Shown here: positions 45,696 through 55,613 of the stretch, piece after piece | Numbering within the stretch: position 1 is the stretch's first letter | Layout: each line of letters begins with the position of its first letter | DNA from: a virus | IMG/VR virus record: IMGVR_UViG_3300045391_004554 | Location: 36,226 to 100,225 of that record | DNA length: 64,000 bases | Strand: one strand, 5' to 3' | Position numbers and translations under genes: made by a program | Notes under the pieces: model-generated | Told to the model about the DNA's origin: nothing | The model's input: the letters and a program-made list of their open reading frames with translations, nothing else | The model's database searches: none

Positions 45696-47744
45696 TTAAT
45701 ATTCTTCCTCAATTTCGACTTTTCCCCTTGTCTTTAAACCAAACAAGGTATTGAAAGCTGAACGTTTGCTTACATCCAGGTCGCCCTCCTCCAGGTTATT
45801 AGAATAGTATATCTGATCCATAGCATGTTCCATCATAATGTTGGCCATAAATGTATCAAATTTTCGTGTATTTGTAGGATCAAACTTTTTAGCATCTTCG
45901 AGTAACGGCAGTAAACCGATTGTCTCCAGCCAGTCCATTTCCTCTTTGGTCTTTGGCCGCTTGATATATGATTGGAATCGCTGCACACCATGCTTGATCA
46001 CGTTCTTTTGATTGTCTGTCCAAAGGCCGTAAGTGCCCTTCTTTAAATCCTTCAGCAGGAAGTCAAGCGCCTTCATTTCTTTGAACCACTTGTAAACTCC
46101 AGGCACCTGGGCCTCATGCATGATAGGGAATCCCCAAAACTTAGCCGCCTTGTAAGCTTCATACGATGGCAGATCAGGATCATCATCACGGTTCAACCAC
46201 ATACCGGCATACCGGTTAGCGCAGTTATTACCGAAATAATCAAACTTGTATTTAGCTATGATGGCCGCTTTAGATATCGAATCAGATGTGGTTTGCACCT
46301 CAGCGAATTGTACCGGGTCATATCCGATTGCCCCTTCCGGAGATTTGGTTATTTTCTTAAAGCCATCGTAGTCCTCTCTCCACCGGTTTGAACGATCTTC
46401 ACCGGTAAGCATTCTTTTCTTTGGCTTGATCGAAATTGTCCAGTAGCCTTTGCCGGTATCTTCGAAGTGAACCCTACCGTCAGTATCTTCAATTAACTCA
46501 GCTTTTTCAATGAATGGTTTATCAGATGATTTCTTAAGCACAAAACTCTTAACCTTCTTGATCACATTTTCAATACGGATAGAGTCGAAGGTACTGGTTC
46601 CCTCGGCAGTTGCCATTGCCTCGTCTTCGGTAAGCGGCTCACGACGTACCTGGTTAACCCAGCCATTAGAACCCTCTTCATAGTTATTCCGCTCGTTACG
46701 AATTACCGCTTCGGCTTTATCTTCATTAATGAACCCGTACTTATCTTTAAAGTCATCGCCGAATTTAGAGTAGATGGCCGATACGAAATAAGGGTAAAGC
46801 CCAGTCTTAGTAAAACCGTTTTCGTCACGGGCCTCCGGATTGGAACTGCGGTAGATTTCAATTCCTTCCTCAATAGCTTTTTTCTGGCTCTTAGAGTCAC
46901 CCAATGTTGACAGTAATGATATTAACCCCTTGATACTACCACCGACTTCCAAACACTTTAAATGCGTTTCAAGGAACTCTTTTGGCGAACATGATATCCA
47001 CTTCCAAATCTCGTCACCTACGATATAGTCCATCTCGTACGCGTCAAAAGCTGAAGCCGTTGTGCCACTTGGGAAAAGCTGACCGTTTAACTCTACTGCA
47101 TCATAGAATGAGTAGTCATCGTCGTCGTCAATGCCTTTAGAGGTGAGCTGCAGGATCTGCTGAGGTTTTTTATTATTTGGCTTGTAGAATACTGGCCGCA
47201 TCCAGGGTGGACGCTTAACAAAGGAATCTACAATCGGGTTGAAGAGGGACTTCTTTGTTTTCTTTTCTTCGATGGAGACAAGGCCGACGAACCTGTCAAA
47301 GTCTTCCACGAACCGGTAAGTGCCTTCGGTTTGTTCCTCCATTGACATACCGTAACGACGGCACTTAGAGAATACGCGCCCCTTGCACTTTGGGTCCTTC
47401 CAGGTAAGCTCCCTAAATAAAAAATCCTTCCGCTGGTTATCCAGGTAGAAGGCTTTCTTATTCTTAAATGTCATATTCACCAAGTGGTCCCAGTGAATGC
47501 CGTTGATGTATGTAGGCTCTCCATTGTTAAAGAACCATGCTCCTTCGGCCCACTTCTGGCGCTGATCTTCTACATAATGAATACGCTGCTGCATACTCAT
47601 TCGTTTTAGATCAGGGAAAACCGGAGAGCGCCAGTACTGCTCTTTCTTTGGCTTATCAAAATAAAGTATATCTTCCTCCCTATTTGGTTGGGGAGGAAGG
47701 ACATACTTATAAACGCCCCCATGAAGATCTACAATATCTGCCAT
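45696..47744 (-). CDS. terL: terminase large subunit (crAss-like)
   Basis: Walker A KCRRYGMS, Walker B IVGDEIWK, motif III LST, nuclease IGYDP and FDT. Confidence 0.85.
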   Translation of the reverse strand: MADIVDLHGGVYKYVLPPQPNREEDILYFDKPKKEQYWRSPVFPDLKRMSMQQRIHYVEDQRQKWAEGAWFFNNGEPTYINGIHWDHLVNMTFKNKKAFYLDNQRKDFLFRELTWKDPKCKGRVFSKCRRYGMSMEEQTEGTYRFVEDFDRFVGLVSIEEKKTKKSLFNPIVDSFVKRPPWMRPVFYKPNNKKPQQILQLTSKGIDDDDDYSFYDAVELNGQLFPSGTTASAFDAYEMDYIVGDEIWKWISCSPKEFLETHLKCLEVGGSIKGLISLLSTLGDSKSQKKAIEEGIEIYRSSNPEARDENGFTKTGLYPYFVSAIYSKFGDDFKDKYGFINEDKAEAVIRNERNNYEEGSNGWVNQVRREPLTEDEAMATAEGTSTFDSIRIENVIKKVKSFVLKKSSDKPFIEKAELIEDTDGRVHFEDTGKGYWTISIKPKKRMLTGEDRSNRWREDYDGFKKITKSPEGAIGYDPVQFAEVQTTSDSISKAAIIAKYKFDYFGNNCANRYAGMWLNRDDDPDLPSYEAYKAAKFWGFPIMHEAQVPGVYKWFKEMKALDFLLKDLKKGTYGLWTDNQKNVIKHGVQRFQSYIKRPKTKEEMDWLETIGLLPLLEDAKKFDPTNTRKFDTFMANIMMEHAMDQIYYSNNLEEGDLDVSKRSAFNTLFGLKTRGKVEIEEEY

Positions 47745-47785
47745 CTATTAAACCAGATGACTAATGTAGTAAAATATTTTACAAA

Positions 47786-48157
47786 TTATGCATGCGTACT
47801 TTGCTCTTCCTTTAGATAAGGGATCATGGCTTTGCAAATTGATGAAAAGACATGATCCTTGATCGTCTGCGAAGCCGCCAGCTCGGCATATGGTACCAAA
47901 CAATGATGCTCTTTTTTTTCTGCATTTTTCTCTGGCCCATAAACCCAACCATCCGCTATTTTATCGTTACACCATGCTTGGTGCTGCATCTCAGGGGTCA
48001 CATCCGGATGTTCGATAACATAATTAACGCCACGTATGGCTGATTCCTTTTGCCAAACCTCGGCTTCATCCCAGTGCTTTTGACTAAAATCTCCATTTGC
48101 CTCGCAAATAACTTTATTCGCTTCGTGGCAGGCTGCTGCAATTGTTGCTACGTTCAT
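47786..48157 (-). CDS. RyR-domain protein
   Basis: HQAW...KIADGWVYG...KEHHCLVPYAEL...KD signature. Confidence 0.8.
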   Translation of the reverse strand: MNVATIAAACHEANKVICEANGDFSQKHWDEAEVWQKESAIRGVNYVIEHPDVTPEMQHQAWCNDKIADGWVYGPEKNAEKKEHHCLVPYAELAASQTIKDHVFSSICKAMIPYLKEEQSTHA

Positions 48158-48171
48158 ATGATTGTTTTAAA

Positions 48172-48627
48172 TTAAATTTTATTTAATCGCTCAAGTACAT
48201 CAGCAGGAGTATGTCCGTCCCATTCCGGTGCGCGTTCTAACTCAGGAATGAACCTACATTCCTCCCATCTTGAGAGTGGAATATGGTAAGTAACCTGACT
48301 CCCTTTATTTGTACCAAGACCCAATACAAACCACCGGCCTCCATATGCAAGTTCACCATCTGAATGCCTTAAGCTTTTCCAAACTTTATGAGTATTTAGT
48401 TCAGTAAATAAAAGCTGTGTCTTAGCAGCTGTTACTACCCGGCAAAGTGTAATGAATAAGCTTATTCTGTGATCATAAAGTTCCCCGAAGGTATGGTAAC
48501 CATCTGAGATAAGATTGGTATCTACATTTTCATGTTTTATTGCGGCATTTATTAGTTCTTCCATGGAGTCATATCCTTGGTAATTCAGACTGATATTATT
48601 GTCAGTTTTTGCGTTTGAAGCTTCCAT
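48172..48627 (-). CDS. WDGH-motif phage protein
   Basis: SDGYHTFGELYDHR...TYH...W...EWDGHT. Confidence 0.75.
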   Translation of the reverse strand: MEASNAKTDNNISLNYQGYDSMEELINAAIKHENVDTNLISDGYHTFGELYDHRISLFITLCRVVTAAKTQLLFTELNTHKVWKSLRHSDGELAYGGRWFVLGLGTNKGSQVTYHIPLSRWEECRFIPELERAPEWDGHTPADVLERLNKI

Positions 48628-49271
48628 TAGCTTGACGATTTAGTTGCCATTGCATTATTGCCCTTAAGTTTAACTACCGATTTCCAAGCTTCTCTTTGGG
48701 TTGACGGTAGGTCAGTCCATGGATCAAACTTAGTTCCCGGCGCAGAAGATTCAGTAATAGAGGCCACATAACTTTCATAAGCTATCTGGGCATATTCTGA
48801 ATCGTTTTTATCTGAGCGATCCTGCCGTTGTTTCAGATAATTCAGATACTCACCTAACCACATACGGGCCTCACAAAGATTAATACGGGACTCATTAACA
48901 TACATTCCCATATCAGTAGAGGTATTGTTGAATGAGAAGTTAAGGCCCAGTTTGGTGATCACATTTTCAATTTCCTGGCGCACACGTTTAGCTAATATAA
49001 CTGTATCAGTCATATCGATGTCGTCATACAAATCACCGAAGATCGCCGCTTCATCAGCTCGGTCGTCAATTTTATTGTTGGATACATCATTATCTTGTTT
49101 ATACGGGCTTTCGTCACCCATTGCACCTAAGGCTTTACCGAGCCACATTTTCCCTAATACAAGGCTTTTATTGGCTTCTACTACATTTGGTTGCCAGTCT
49201 TCTAAATACTTCTGAGTTACCTGGATAAGGGCATCTATGTCAACCCTTATTTCTTTGATCTTTTCTATCAT
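48627..49271 (-). CDS. tandem Acb2/Tad1-like helical hairpin protein
   Basis: Two units: KEIRVDID...SLVLGKMWLG and KRVRQEIE...INLCEARMWLG. Confidence 0.45.
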   Translation of the reverse strand: MIEKIKEIRVDIDALIQVTQKYLEDWQPNVVEANKSLVLGKMWLGKALGAMGDESPYKQDNDVSNNKIDDRADEAAIFGDLYDDIDMTDTVILAKRVRQEIENVITKLGLNFSFNNTSTDMGMYVNESRINLCEARMWLGEYLNYLKQRQDRSDKNDSEYAQIAYESYVASITESSAPGTKFDPWTDLPSTQREAWKSVVKLKGNNAMATKSSS

Positions 49272-49990
49272 TCGTTTGGATAATTTGATATTGTTGATGA
49301 ATTTCCTGAAAGGCCTGGATGCTCATTTGATTGCCATTCTGGAACCTGAATTACCTCCCAGTCTGTAGCCATCATATCCTGCTGAGTCGGACGCCATCCG
49401 TTGAAAACATTAAGCTTCGAATCAATTTTGCAGATATAACTTTCAAAGTTGATAGGATTTTCACTATAAACCTGATCGACCGTAGCTTCTCCTTTATTGC
49501 TGATTTTTTCTGTTAACCACGAACGTAATGAACCAGGCAATGACTTATCGGTAGATAATGCATAAGCCAACGTCATAGTATGAGCTGGTCTGATAAAAAT
49601 TAATTGATCCCTCCAAGCAGCACGAGCCAAAAGCTTACCTGCTTTTAATGCCAACATAGCAAAGTCAAATCCCATCCCCTGAATAGCTATCTCCCAGTCA
49701 TCACGTGAACCAAATTTTTTAAAATCAGGAGTAGTAAGAATATCACCTGTTCTGGTAAGCAGGCTCATCTCTCCATTATTCATAAACCAATATCCTGTCC
49801 ATTCCGGAAGACGGACCTTCCATCCGGAATGCATTGCCTTCATTGCCTCGTTAAAGGTTAGCCCGGTTGTTTTGTCGGGAAGGCTAGCTGATTGATTTGT
49901 ACCCATATCGTATTGTTTTGAAAGTTTATATGTTGCCAGAATTTGAGTTGGACCACCGATTGCTGCAATAAAATCTAATCCAGTTATCAT
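49268..49990 (-). CDS. tandem DUF2829 (Tad2-like) protein
   Basis: LTFNEAMKAMHSGWKVRLPEW...DDWEI and MGFDFAMLALKAGKLLARAAW...GWRPTQQDMMATDWEV. Confidence 0.8.
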   Translation of the reverse strand: MITGLDFIAAIGGPTQILATYKLSKQYDMGTNQSASLPDKTTGLTFNEAMKAMHSGWKVRLPEWTGYWFMNNGEMSLLTRTGDILTTPDFKKFGSRDDWEIAIQGMGFDFAMLALKAGKLLARAAWRDQLIFIRPAHTMTLAYALSTDKSLPGSLRSWLTEKISNKGEATVDQVYSENPINFESYICKIDSKLNVFNGWRPTQQDMMATDWEVIQVPEWQSNEHPGLSGNSSTISNYPNE

Positions 49991-50256
49991 TTTAAAAGTG
50001 CCTTTATATGAAATTCTTTAAAAACCGGGTATTCTATTGCTATAGTAAAATATTCGCCAGTTGTTTTCATATTTAACTTAGTCCATATCTTTTCAGAATC
50101 ACCAGGTTTAAGACATGGATAATAGCTTTGTATCTCTTCAATATCAATCATAGCCGAATCCAAGTGCCCTTTGTTGTTATCAGGAAGCCCTAATTCACGC
50201 AGTGTGCTGTCTTCCTTATCCTCAAAAACAACCTCAAATTCATAAAACTTAGACAT
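49987..50256 (-). CDS. hypothetical protein
   Basis: ORF track; coupled. Confidence 0.55.
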   Translation of the reverse strand: MSKFYEFEVVFEDKEDSTLRELGLPDNNKGHLDSAMIDIEEIQSYYPCLKPGDSEKIWTKLNMKTTGEYFTIAIEYPVFKEFHIKALLK

Positions 50257-51052
50257 CGTATAATAATTTATTAAGCACTTTAATCAATAGATCAATACCC
50301 TTTGAGGTAATGCTGTATTTTAACTCCCTAGTGGTGCCGCGTTTGTTTAAAAGACCGGCCCGATACATTTCGGCTAACGCCCTGCTCAGCTCGCTCCGAG
50401 TTTTACAATAGGCATACTTAAACTTTCTATCGTAAAAATCTTTACAGAGACGTTCCTTTTTGTAAAAGAATAACAACCCGTATAGCTTCGGAACATTTAA
50501 CCTATAAAGGTCCAATACCCTCCGTTTAACACTTTCATATTGCAACATGTAATCGACAACCTCACTCAATATTTGCATCTTCTCATCAAACTTTTTCTCC
50601 CGTGAACCCTTTCTCTTGGGATGGTTGAGTTTAAACAAGTTGTAGATATCAGAGGTTTCAATATGGTTCAGATAAATCAATGCATCCATCACTTGCCTAT
50701 CACCCTGAACAAATATTCCTTTACTGATAACTTTATCGAGTAGCACCGAATTATTCAAATGTCCAGCGGCAGCTTTTACCGTATCGCTAAATACTTTAGG
50801 CGTAATCCCCTCTTCATTGTTCTGAACCACTATCAAAACATTATCACCAAATCCAACCGATAGTATATGCATCTTTTCAGTTAAGGATAGGTAATTGATT
50901 GCGTCTGATCTATGCCTGGTTATTTTCCGTTGAACAGACATTTCGAGATTAGCAATCTGATACTCTGTTATATTTTCAAGCTTTAATTGCAGGTAATGAT
51001 CGAAATTTGGACAATAAATATCTGCTTTATGGAATGTTTTGATACCGTTCAT
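50249..51052 (-). CDS. protein with a C-terminal MarR-like winged helix
   Basis: SELSRALAEM...GLL.K....ELKYSITSKG. Confidence 0.6.
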   Translation of the reverse strand: MNGIKTFHKADIYCPNFDHYLQLKLENITEYQIANLEMSVQRKITRHRSDAINYLSLTEKMHILSVGFGDNVLIVVQNNEEGITPKVFSDTVKAAAGHLNNSVLLDKVISKGIFVQGDRQVMDALIYLNHIETSDIYNLFKLNHPKRKGSREKKFDEKMQILSEVVDYMLQYESVKRRVLDLYRLNVPKLYGLLFFYKKERLCKDFYDRKFKYAYCKTRSELSRALAEMYRAGLLNKRGTTRELKYSITSKGIDLLIKVLNKLLYDV

Positions 51053-51317
51053 TTGTAACTTTTTCGCTCAAATATCCCACTTTTTTAAGTAAATTGTACG
51101 CATCTACTGGCGATTCTACAACGGCTTTTGCACGATAATCATTTCCTAAAAAAACACGCATATCTTTTTGACCATTGCTATCAGCATCCTTATCAATTAA
51201 TATGAGCCAGCTATGGCATTTATAACTAGAGGTAACGGTTGCATATTCAATTTCCTGTGGATCAGTCGGAATCTCCAATACAAAACCCCACCTAGTAATA
51301 TCACTTGCGATTACCAT
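51027..51317 (-). CDS. hypothetical protein
   Basis: ORF track. Confidence 0.5.
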   Translation of the reverse strand: MVIASDITRWGFVLEIPTDPQEIEYATVTSSYKCHSWLILIDKDADSNGQKDMRVFLGNDYRAKAVVESPVDAYNLLKKVGYLSEKVTNERYQNIP

Positions 51318-51688
51318 AGATAATCTAATTCAATTTTTAAAACGGTCGCCCTGACATACGCATCGCTTAATAATCTACTAATATCGTTGAATTTATCCTC
51401 ATCAATATTACAACCAACTATTGCATACTGTAATTTTTGCAGATCATCATAGATATCGGAAGCGAGTTCTTGTTTTTTACTCAATTTGGAAAAATGCCGA
51501 AATTTAAACCACCAGCTAACATCATGGGGTTCACCGAAGTTATTTCTCACAACTCCTTTGCCATAATATTCGTACAGGCGACCTTTTGTAAACGACTCAT
51601 GCCAAATAAGTTCGCCGTCCTTGATGGCCTCCTTATTTTTTATGCTTTTTACGCACAGGTACTTCATCTTTATTAGGTTGATGTTCAA
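51311..51688 (-). CDS. hypothetical protein
   Basis: C.KS...FTKGRLY motif of small phage proteins; start may be the second Met. Confidence 0.5.
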   Translation of the reverse strand: MNINLIKMKYLCVKSIKNKEAIKDGELIWHESFTKGRLYEYYGKGVVRNNFGEPHDVSWWFKFRHFSKLSKKQELASDIYDDLQKLQYAIVGCNIDEDKFNDISRLLSDAYVRATVLKIELDYLW

Positions 51689-53078
51689 TAATTTCTACTT
51701 TAAACTCTTCGTCAGGCACGGTCATTTCAATAAGATACTGCACGTTATGCTTTTCTAGTTCTTTCATTACAGCGTCTTTTTCTGACCCCAAGGACTGCGC
51801 TTCCGGCACAACGATGAAGTTATCACCTTTTGGATTTAAAGCCATCTGGATAGCACTGGTGAGCTGTAGTCGTTCGCCAGTGCTCAGGTTATCTTCCGAA
51901 AACTCTTTCCCCTTATAAAGCACTGCAGGCTTTTCGTCAAGCTCTCCGATACTTAGTTCAGGAATAGGAATCCGTTTCTGCAACATCTGGTCATTAGCGG
52001 CTTTTGCAAACTTGATCTTTTCGTCAAGTTCATTCCATTTGGCATCCAGTTTTTCCCATTCATCAAAGGCATCCAGACCGGCGTTGAACTTTTCCTTTTC
52101 AGTACGGAACTTCACCATCTCCTCTACCTTCTCATTATACAGGTCGTTAGCTTTTTTAGCTATTTCAGAATTATGCTTTTCAGCCGTTTCAATATCGGAA
52201 GTAAGTTTCTTAAATTTTTGGCCAGGTAAAAGTTGATTAGCCAAAACTCTTCGCGATTCATCAAGCAATGCTTTTTTATTGCTGAGCGCTTGCAACTGAC
52301 GCTGCAATTCAGCAATCTGAATGTCGATTTCGGCCTCTTCCTTGCGATGCTGTTCTATGTGTCCAATAATCTCCGTTTCCTTAACAAGACGGGCACGCAA
52401 TTCTGAAACATCTTTTGTTTCCTTGACCACATACTCGTCCTTCGCTTTCTGGCAATCGGCAAGCGTAAACTCCTGGCTATAGTACTTGTTTTGTTCCTCG
52501 AATGTTTCAATATCATAAGAAGATGCTTCTACAATTTCCCATTTAGCATCCCGGCTCGTACCTACCTGACCACGTTCCCGCATCCAGGCATTGATCTTGG
52601 TTACATTGCTTTCGATCTCAGCGCCTCCGATAGCTTTTACAAAGTAGGCGTAACGGGTGACAGCAGTCTTGTTCTTATAAAAATATTCGATATAGTCAAA
52701 GTAGCCATTCTTAAAGGCGCCTCCGAAAACATCATCCACCATTTTCTCCATGGAGCTACGATTGCCTACAGGGGGATAAACCCACATGCGCTCCAGTTCA
52801 ACTTCGCCGGTATCTTCATTACGCTTGAATTTACGCTGGATGGTATAAACCTTTCCTTCGGCATTTTTATGAGTAGTTTTCGTCCAGCCTTCGTTCTCTC
52901 CATCAGATAGCGGATTAGAAGGATAGTCGCCCTGGTTTGTATGAGCAAGTATCAGCTTCATGATATTAGATTTACCCTTCTTAATATCACCCATAAGGAT
53001 CGCTGATTTGCCATCAAGAACGATCTTACGGTTTTTATGCTGTTTGTAGTTGTAGCATTCAATAGTTAGTACTGCCAT
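51633..53078 (-). CDS. Rad50/SbcC/SMC-like ABC ATPase
   Basis: Walker A GDIKKGKS, central coiled coil, signature LSTGE, Walker B-like FIVVPE. Confidence 0.75.
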   Translation of the reverse strand: MAVLTIECYNYKQHKNRKIVLDGKSAILMGDIKKGKSNIMKLILAHTNQGDYPSNPLSDGENEGWTKTTHKNAEGKVYTIQRKFKRNEDTGEVELERMWVYPPVGNRSSMEKMVDDVFGGAFKNGYFDYIEYFYKNKTAVTRYAYFVKAIGGAEIESNVTKINAWMRERGQVGTSRDAKWEIVEASSYDIETFEEQNKYYSQEFTLADCQKAKDEYVVKETKDVSELRARLVKETEIIGHIEQHRKEEAEIDIQIAELQRQLQALSNKKALLDESRRVLANQLLPGQKFKKLTSDIETAEKHNSEIAKKANDLYNEKVEEMVKFRTEKEKFNAGLDAFDEWEKLDAKWNELDEKIKFAKAANDQMLQKRIPIPELSIGELDEKPAVLYKGKEFSEDNLSTGERLQLTSAIQMALNPKGDNFIVVPEAQSLGSEKDAVMKELEKHNVQYLIEMTVPDEEFKVEIIEHQPNKDEVPVRKKHKK

Positions 53079-53566
53079 TAGTAGTTAGGATTAGTGTTGA
53101 TTTCGTATTCGGTTCTTAGATACATAGTGAATTCATGAGCAAGATCGGTAATTGCTACCGAATCAATCTCCAACCGGTTCGAATAAACCTGGGCGGCAAA
53201 CTGCAATCCCAAAGCTTCCGGCGTTCCTGCCATGTTGATGTGTTTACTAGCCGGGGGGATAGATCCGCTTGGCTGTGCAGGCCGCGAGGCAACGAAGGGT
53301 TTTACTGAATTAATTCCAATCGTATGTACATTACGCGAGAACGATTTCACATTAAAGTCAATGATATCTCCTACAGAAAATTCAGTAAGATGTTCAGATG
53401 TTGAACAGTATTGACAAGGATATTCGATATCATCTACCATGATCGTACAACCATGACAGTATCTCATCCCTCCCTGTTCAGATTTAGTGTCCTTGAAGCT
53501 ATCTATACCCTCATTAACTTCAAGTACGCGGCCAATAGCGTTTAGTCCTTTTATCAGTGTTGCCAT
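53078..53566 (-). CDS. OB-fold ssDNA-binding-like protein
   Basis: Beta-rich N-terminus (FSVGDIIDFNV), Pro linker, helical tail; next to the recombination ATPase. Confidence 0.45.
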   Translation of the reverse strand: MATLIKGLNAIGRVLEVNEGIDSFKDTKSEQGGMRYCHGCTIMVDDIEYPCQYCSTSEHLTEFSVGDIIDFNVKSFSRNVHTIGINSVKPFVASRPAQPSGSIPPASKHINMAGTPEALGLQFAAQVYSNRLEIDSVAITDLAHEFTMYLRTEYEINTNPNY

Positions 53567-53568
53567 TA

Positions 53569-53802
53569 TTATTTTTTAAATTTGTTACCCTCGAATAAGT
53601 CCGGATTAAAGTCCTCCATAGTGAGTTCATCTCCGAACTTTTGAATAAGCTTATCCATTACGACACCAGTACCAACGCACTTTACCCCATGACTTATGGC
53701 AATCGTATCAAATGTATTGCATATTTTATTGAACTTAATTTTAGTCAGTCGCGAGATGGACTGAGTAATAGTAATTTTATCGTCTTTCTTTGGTGCTCCC
53801 AT
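53569..53802 (-). CDS. small RHH-like DNA-binding protein
   Basis: ITITQSIS..TK.KF...GVVMDKLI; first gene after a TACTTTTG element (53817-53824). Confidence 0.4.
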   Translation of the reverse strand: MGAPKKDDKITITQSISRLTKIKFNKICNTFDTIAISHGVKCVGTGVVMDKLIQKFGDELTMEDFNPDLFEGNKFKK

Positions 53803-53864
53803 AAATACAATTTTAACAAAAGTATAAAAAAATTATTATTGAAATAAAATAATAAATAATTATT

Positions 53865-55613
53865 TCAAATAGTTATTGAAGGTAAATAATCTTTAATCAC
53901 TTCTATCTTTTCTACAGTTATAGGCTTGCCGTCTTTATAATACCTGCTAAGTAACTTTAATGAGTTGCGAACATCCCGTCCAGACATCGGGAATTTGTTG
54001 GCGATCTGGGTAATGTTTTCAAGCGGGATATTTAACCCGTAAGAAGGTGTATGCGTCTCCCAAATCTTAATCAGATCATCAATCTCTGGATTTTTATATT
54101 CGATGGAAACTGTTACCCTGCTCATGATTGCCTCGTCGATGATATCAGCCCTGTTGGTGGTCAGGAAGAGAATGCCGTTATAATATTCTAACAGGCGAAG
54201 GAAAGTGCCGACAATACAGTTCTGAGTAATATCTTGGCCGCGTTTATAAATGTACGTATCGGCTTCGTCAATCATTAAAATACAATTCCATCGTTCAGCC
54301 CGGCGAAGTACTGCACTGAGATTTTTTTCGATATCATTCACACTAATGCCTAACTGGGAAGACTGTATTTGATAGAGAGGCTTTTCCACATACTCAGAAT
54401 AAATCTCGCCGGTTAAAGTTTTACCATTTCCAGGAGGGCCAAAACCTAATATTGTTAACCCGCCTGATTTACCTTCGATAATGTCCTTTCCCTCCATTTC
54501 CAATTCACCGTCGATCATTGAATTAACCAACGCTTTTACAGCAGGCTTAACTATCAATTTCTCAAGCAGATTTTTATTGTATTTATACTCTTCAAGTACG
54601 CTGACATGCGCTGTACAATATGAATGTTTACTGATATTATATAGGTTGATATAAAAATGGTATGGCAGATATGACATCCCAAAATTAGTGCTTACCGTAA
54701 TAGGCATCCCTTTTTCACCGGCCTTGACAATGAATTCATCCACTACTAATTTTTGCAGGCGCTTATCTTCAATAAAACTGGTAACGCCGCTCCAATATCC
54801 AGAACTGGTAAATCCAAGACTCCGACAGATGTACTGCTTGCCGATACATTCCAGTTGAACTTTTTTCCATAATTCATAATGAGATATGTAGGTTGACTGC
54901 AAAGCCTCAGAATGATAATAGACCGCCTGGTTAAGTAATATTTTCCTTACACTGAGATATTTTCGTTTAACATCGGACTTTTTTGCCTTTGCTTTAGTTT
55001 CCACCACCTGCTCATCATCGGCATTTAACTCTTCATCCGACGAGTCGAAATAACTGTCTTCGGATAAATCCTCTTCAATTGCAGCGGTTTTCTCATACAT
55101 ATGCCATTCATAAAAATTGAACGTTGTGCTTTTGTTACTACAGTCCTTGCCTGATTCAATAAAACCCCTAACTAAGTTCAAAGCAATATGCCGAGGGTTG
55201 TATTTTTGGGCCGGAACAATTGACGTGCTGTTAATCGCCCATGGCAACATTACTCCATCTTCTCCCATTGTCCAGAACCAACGGACTTTTACTGATTTGA
55301 TATAAGCATCAAGTGCCTTCTTAAAAATATCTATGTTTTTACATTCAACAATATCCGGATTATCAATTGCCTCCAGGAACCGGTCTATTTTTTCAATGAT
55401 AGATGCGGATACTTTTCCAGATAACTTTATGCGCAGTTTTTGAATTTCTTGTTTGGTACGATTTTCTATGTCGATCTTGATGGTTTCCAGATCGTCTATT
55501 CGTTCGGCTGGCTTACTTAGTTTGGTTGTTGTTTTCCAATCTGCCACAGAAAACAAATTCTTATTTGTCTGGTAAAGCTCTTTAGCAATGCTGAGTTTAA
55601 GTGTTATGATCAT
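53865..55613 (-). CDS. AAA+ ATPase
   Basis: GPPGNGKT, LMIDEAD, FLRLLEYYNGILFLTTNR, SR finger, MSGRDVRN. Confidence 0.9.
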   Translation of the reverse strand: MIITLKLSIAKELYQTNKNLFSVADWKTTTKLSKPAERIDDLETIKIDIENRTKQEIQKLRIKLSGKVSASIIEKIDRFLEAIDNPDIVECKNIDIFKKALDAYIKSVKVRWFWTMGEDGVMLPWAINSTSIVPAQKYNPRHIALNLVRGFIESGKDCSNKSTTFNFYEWHMYEKTAAIEEDLSEDSYFDSSDEELNADDEQVVETKAKAKKSDVKRKYLSVRKILLNQAVYYHSEALQSTYISHYELWKKVQLECIGKQYICRSLGFTSSGYWSGVTSFIEDKRLQKLVVDEFIVKAGEKGMPITVSTNFGMSYLPYHFYINLYNISKHSYCTAHVSVLEEYKYNKNLLEKLIVKPAVKALVNSMIDGELEMEGKDIIEGKSGGLTILGFGPPGNGKTLTGEIYSEYVEKPLYQIQSSQLGISVNDIEKNLSAVLRRAERWNCILMIDEADTYIYKRGQDITQNCIVGTFLRLLEYYNGILFLTTNRADIIDEAIMSRVTVSIEYKNPEIDDLIKIWETHTPSYGLNIPLENITQIANKFPMSGRDVRNSLKLLSRYYKDGKPITVEKIEVIKDYLPSITI

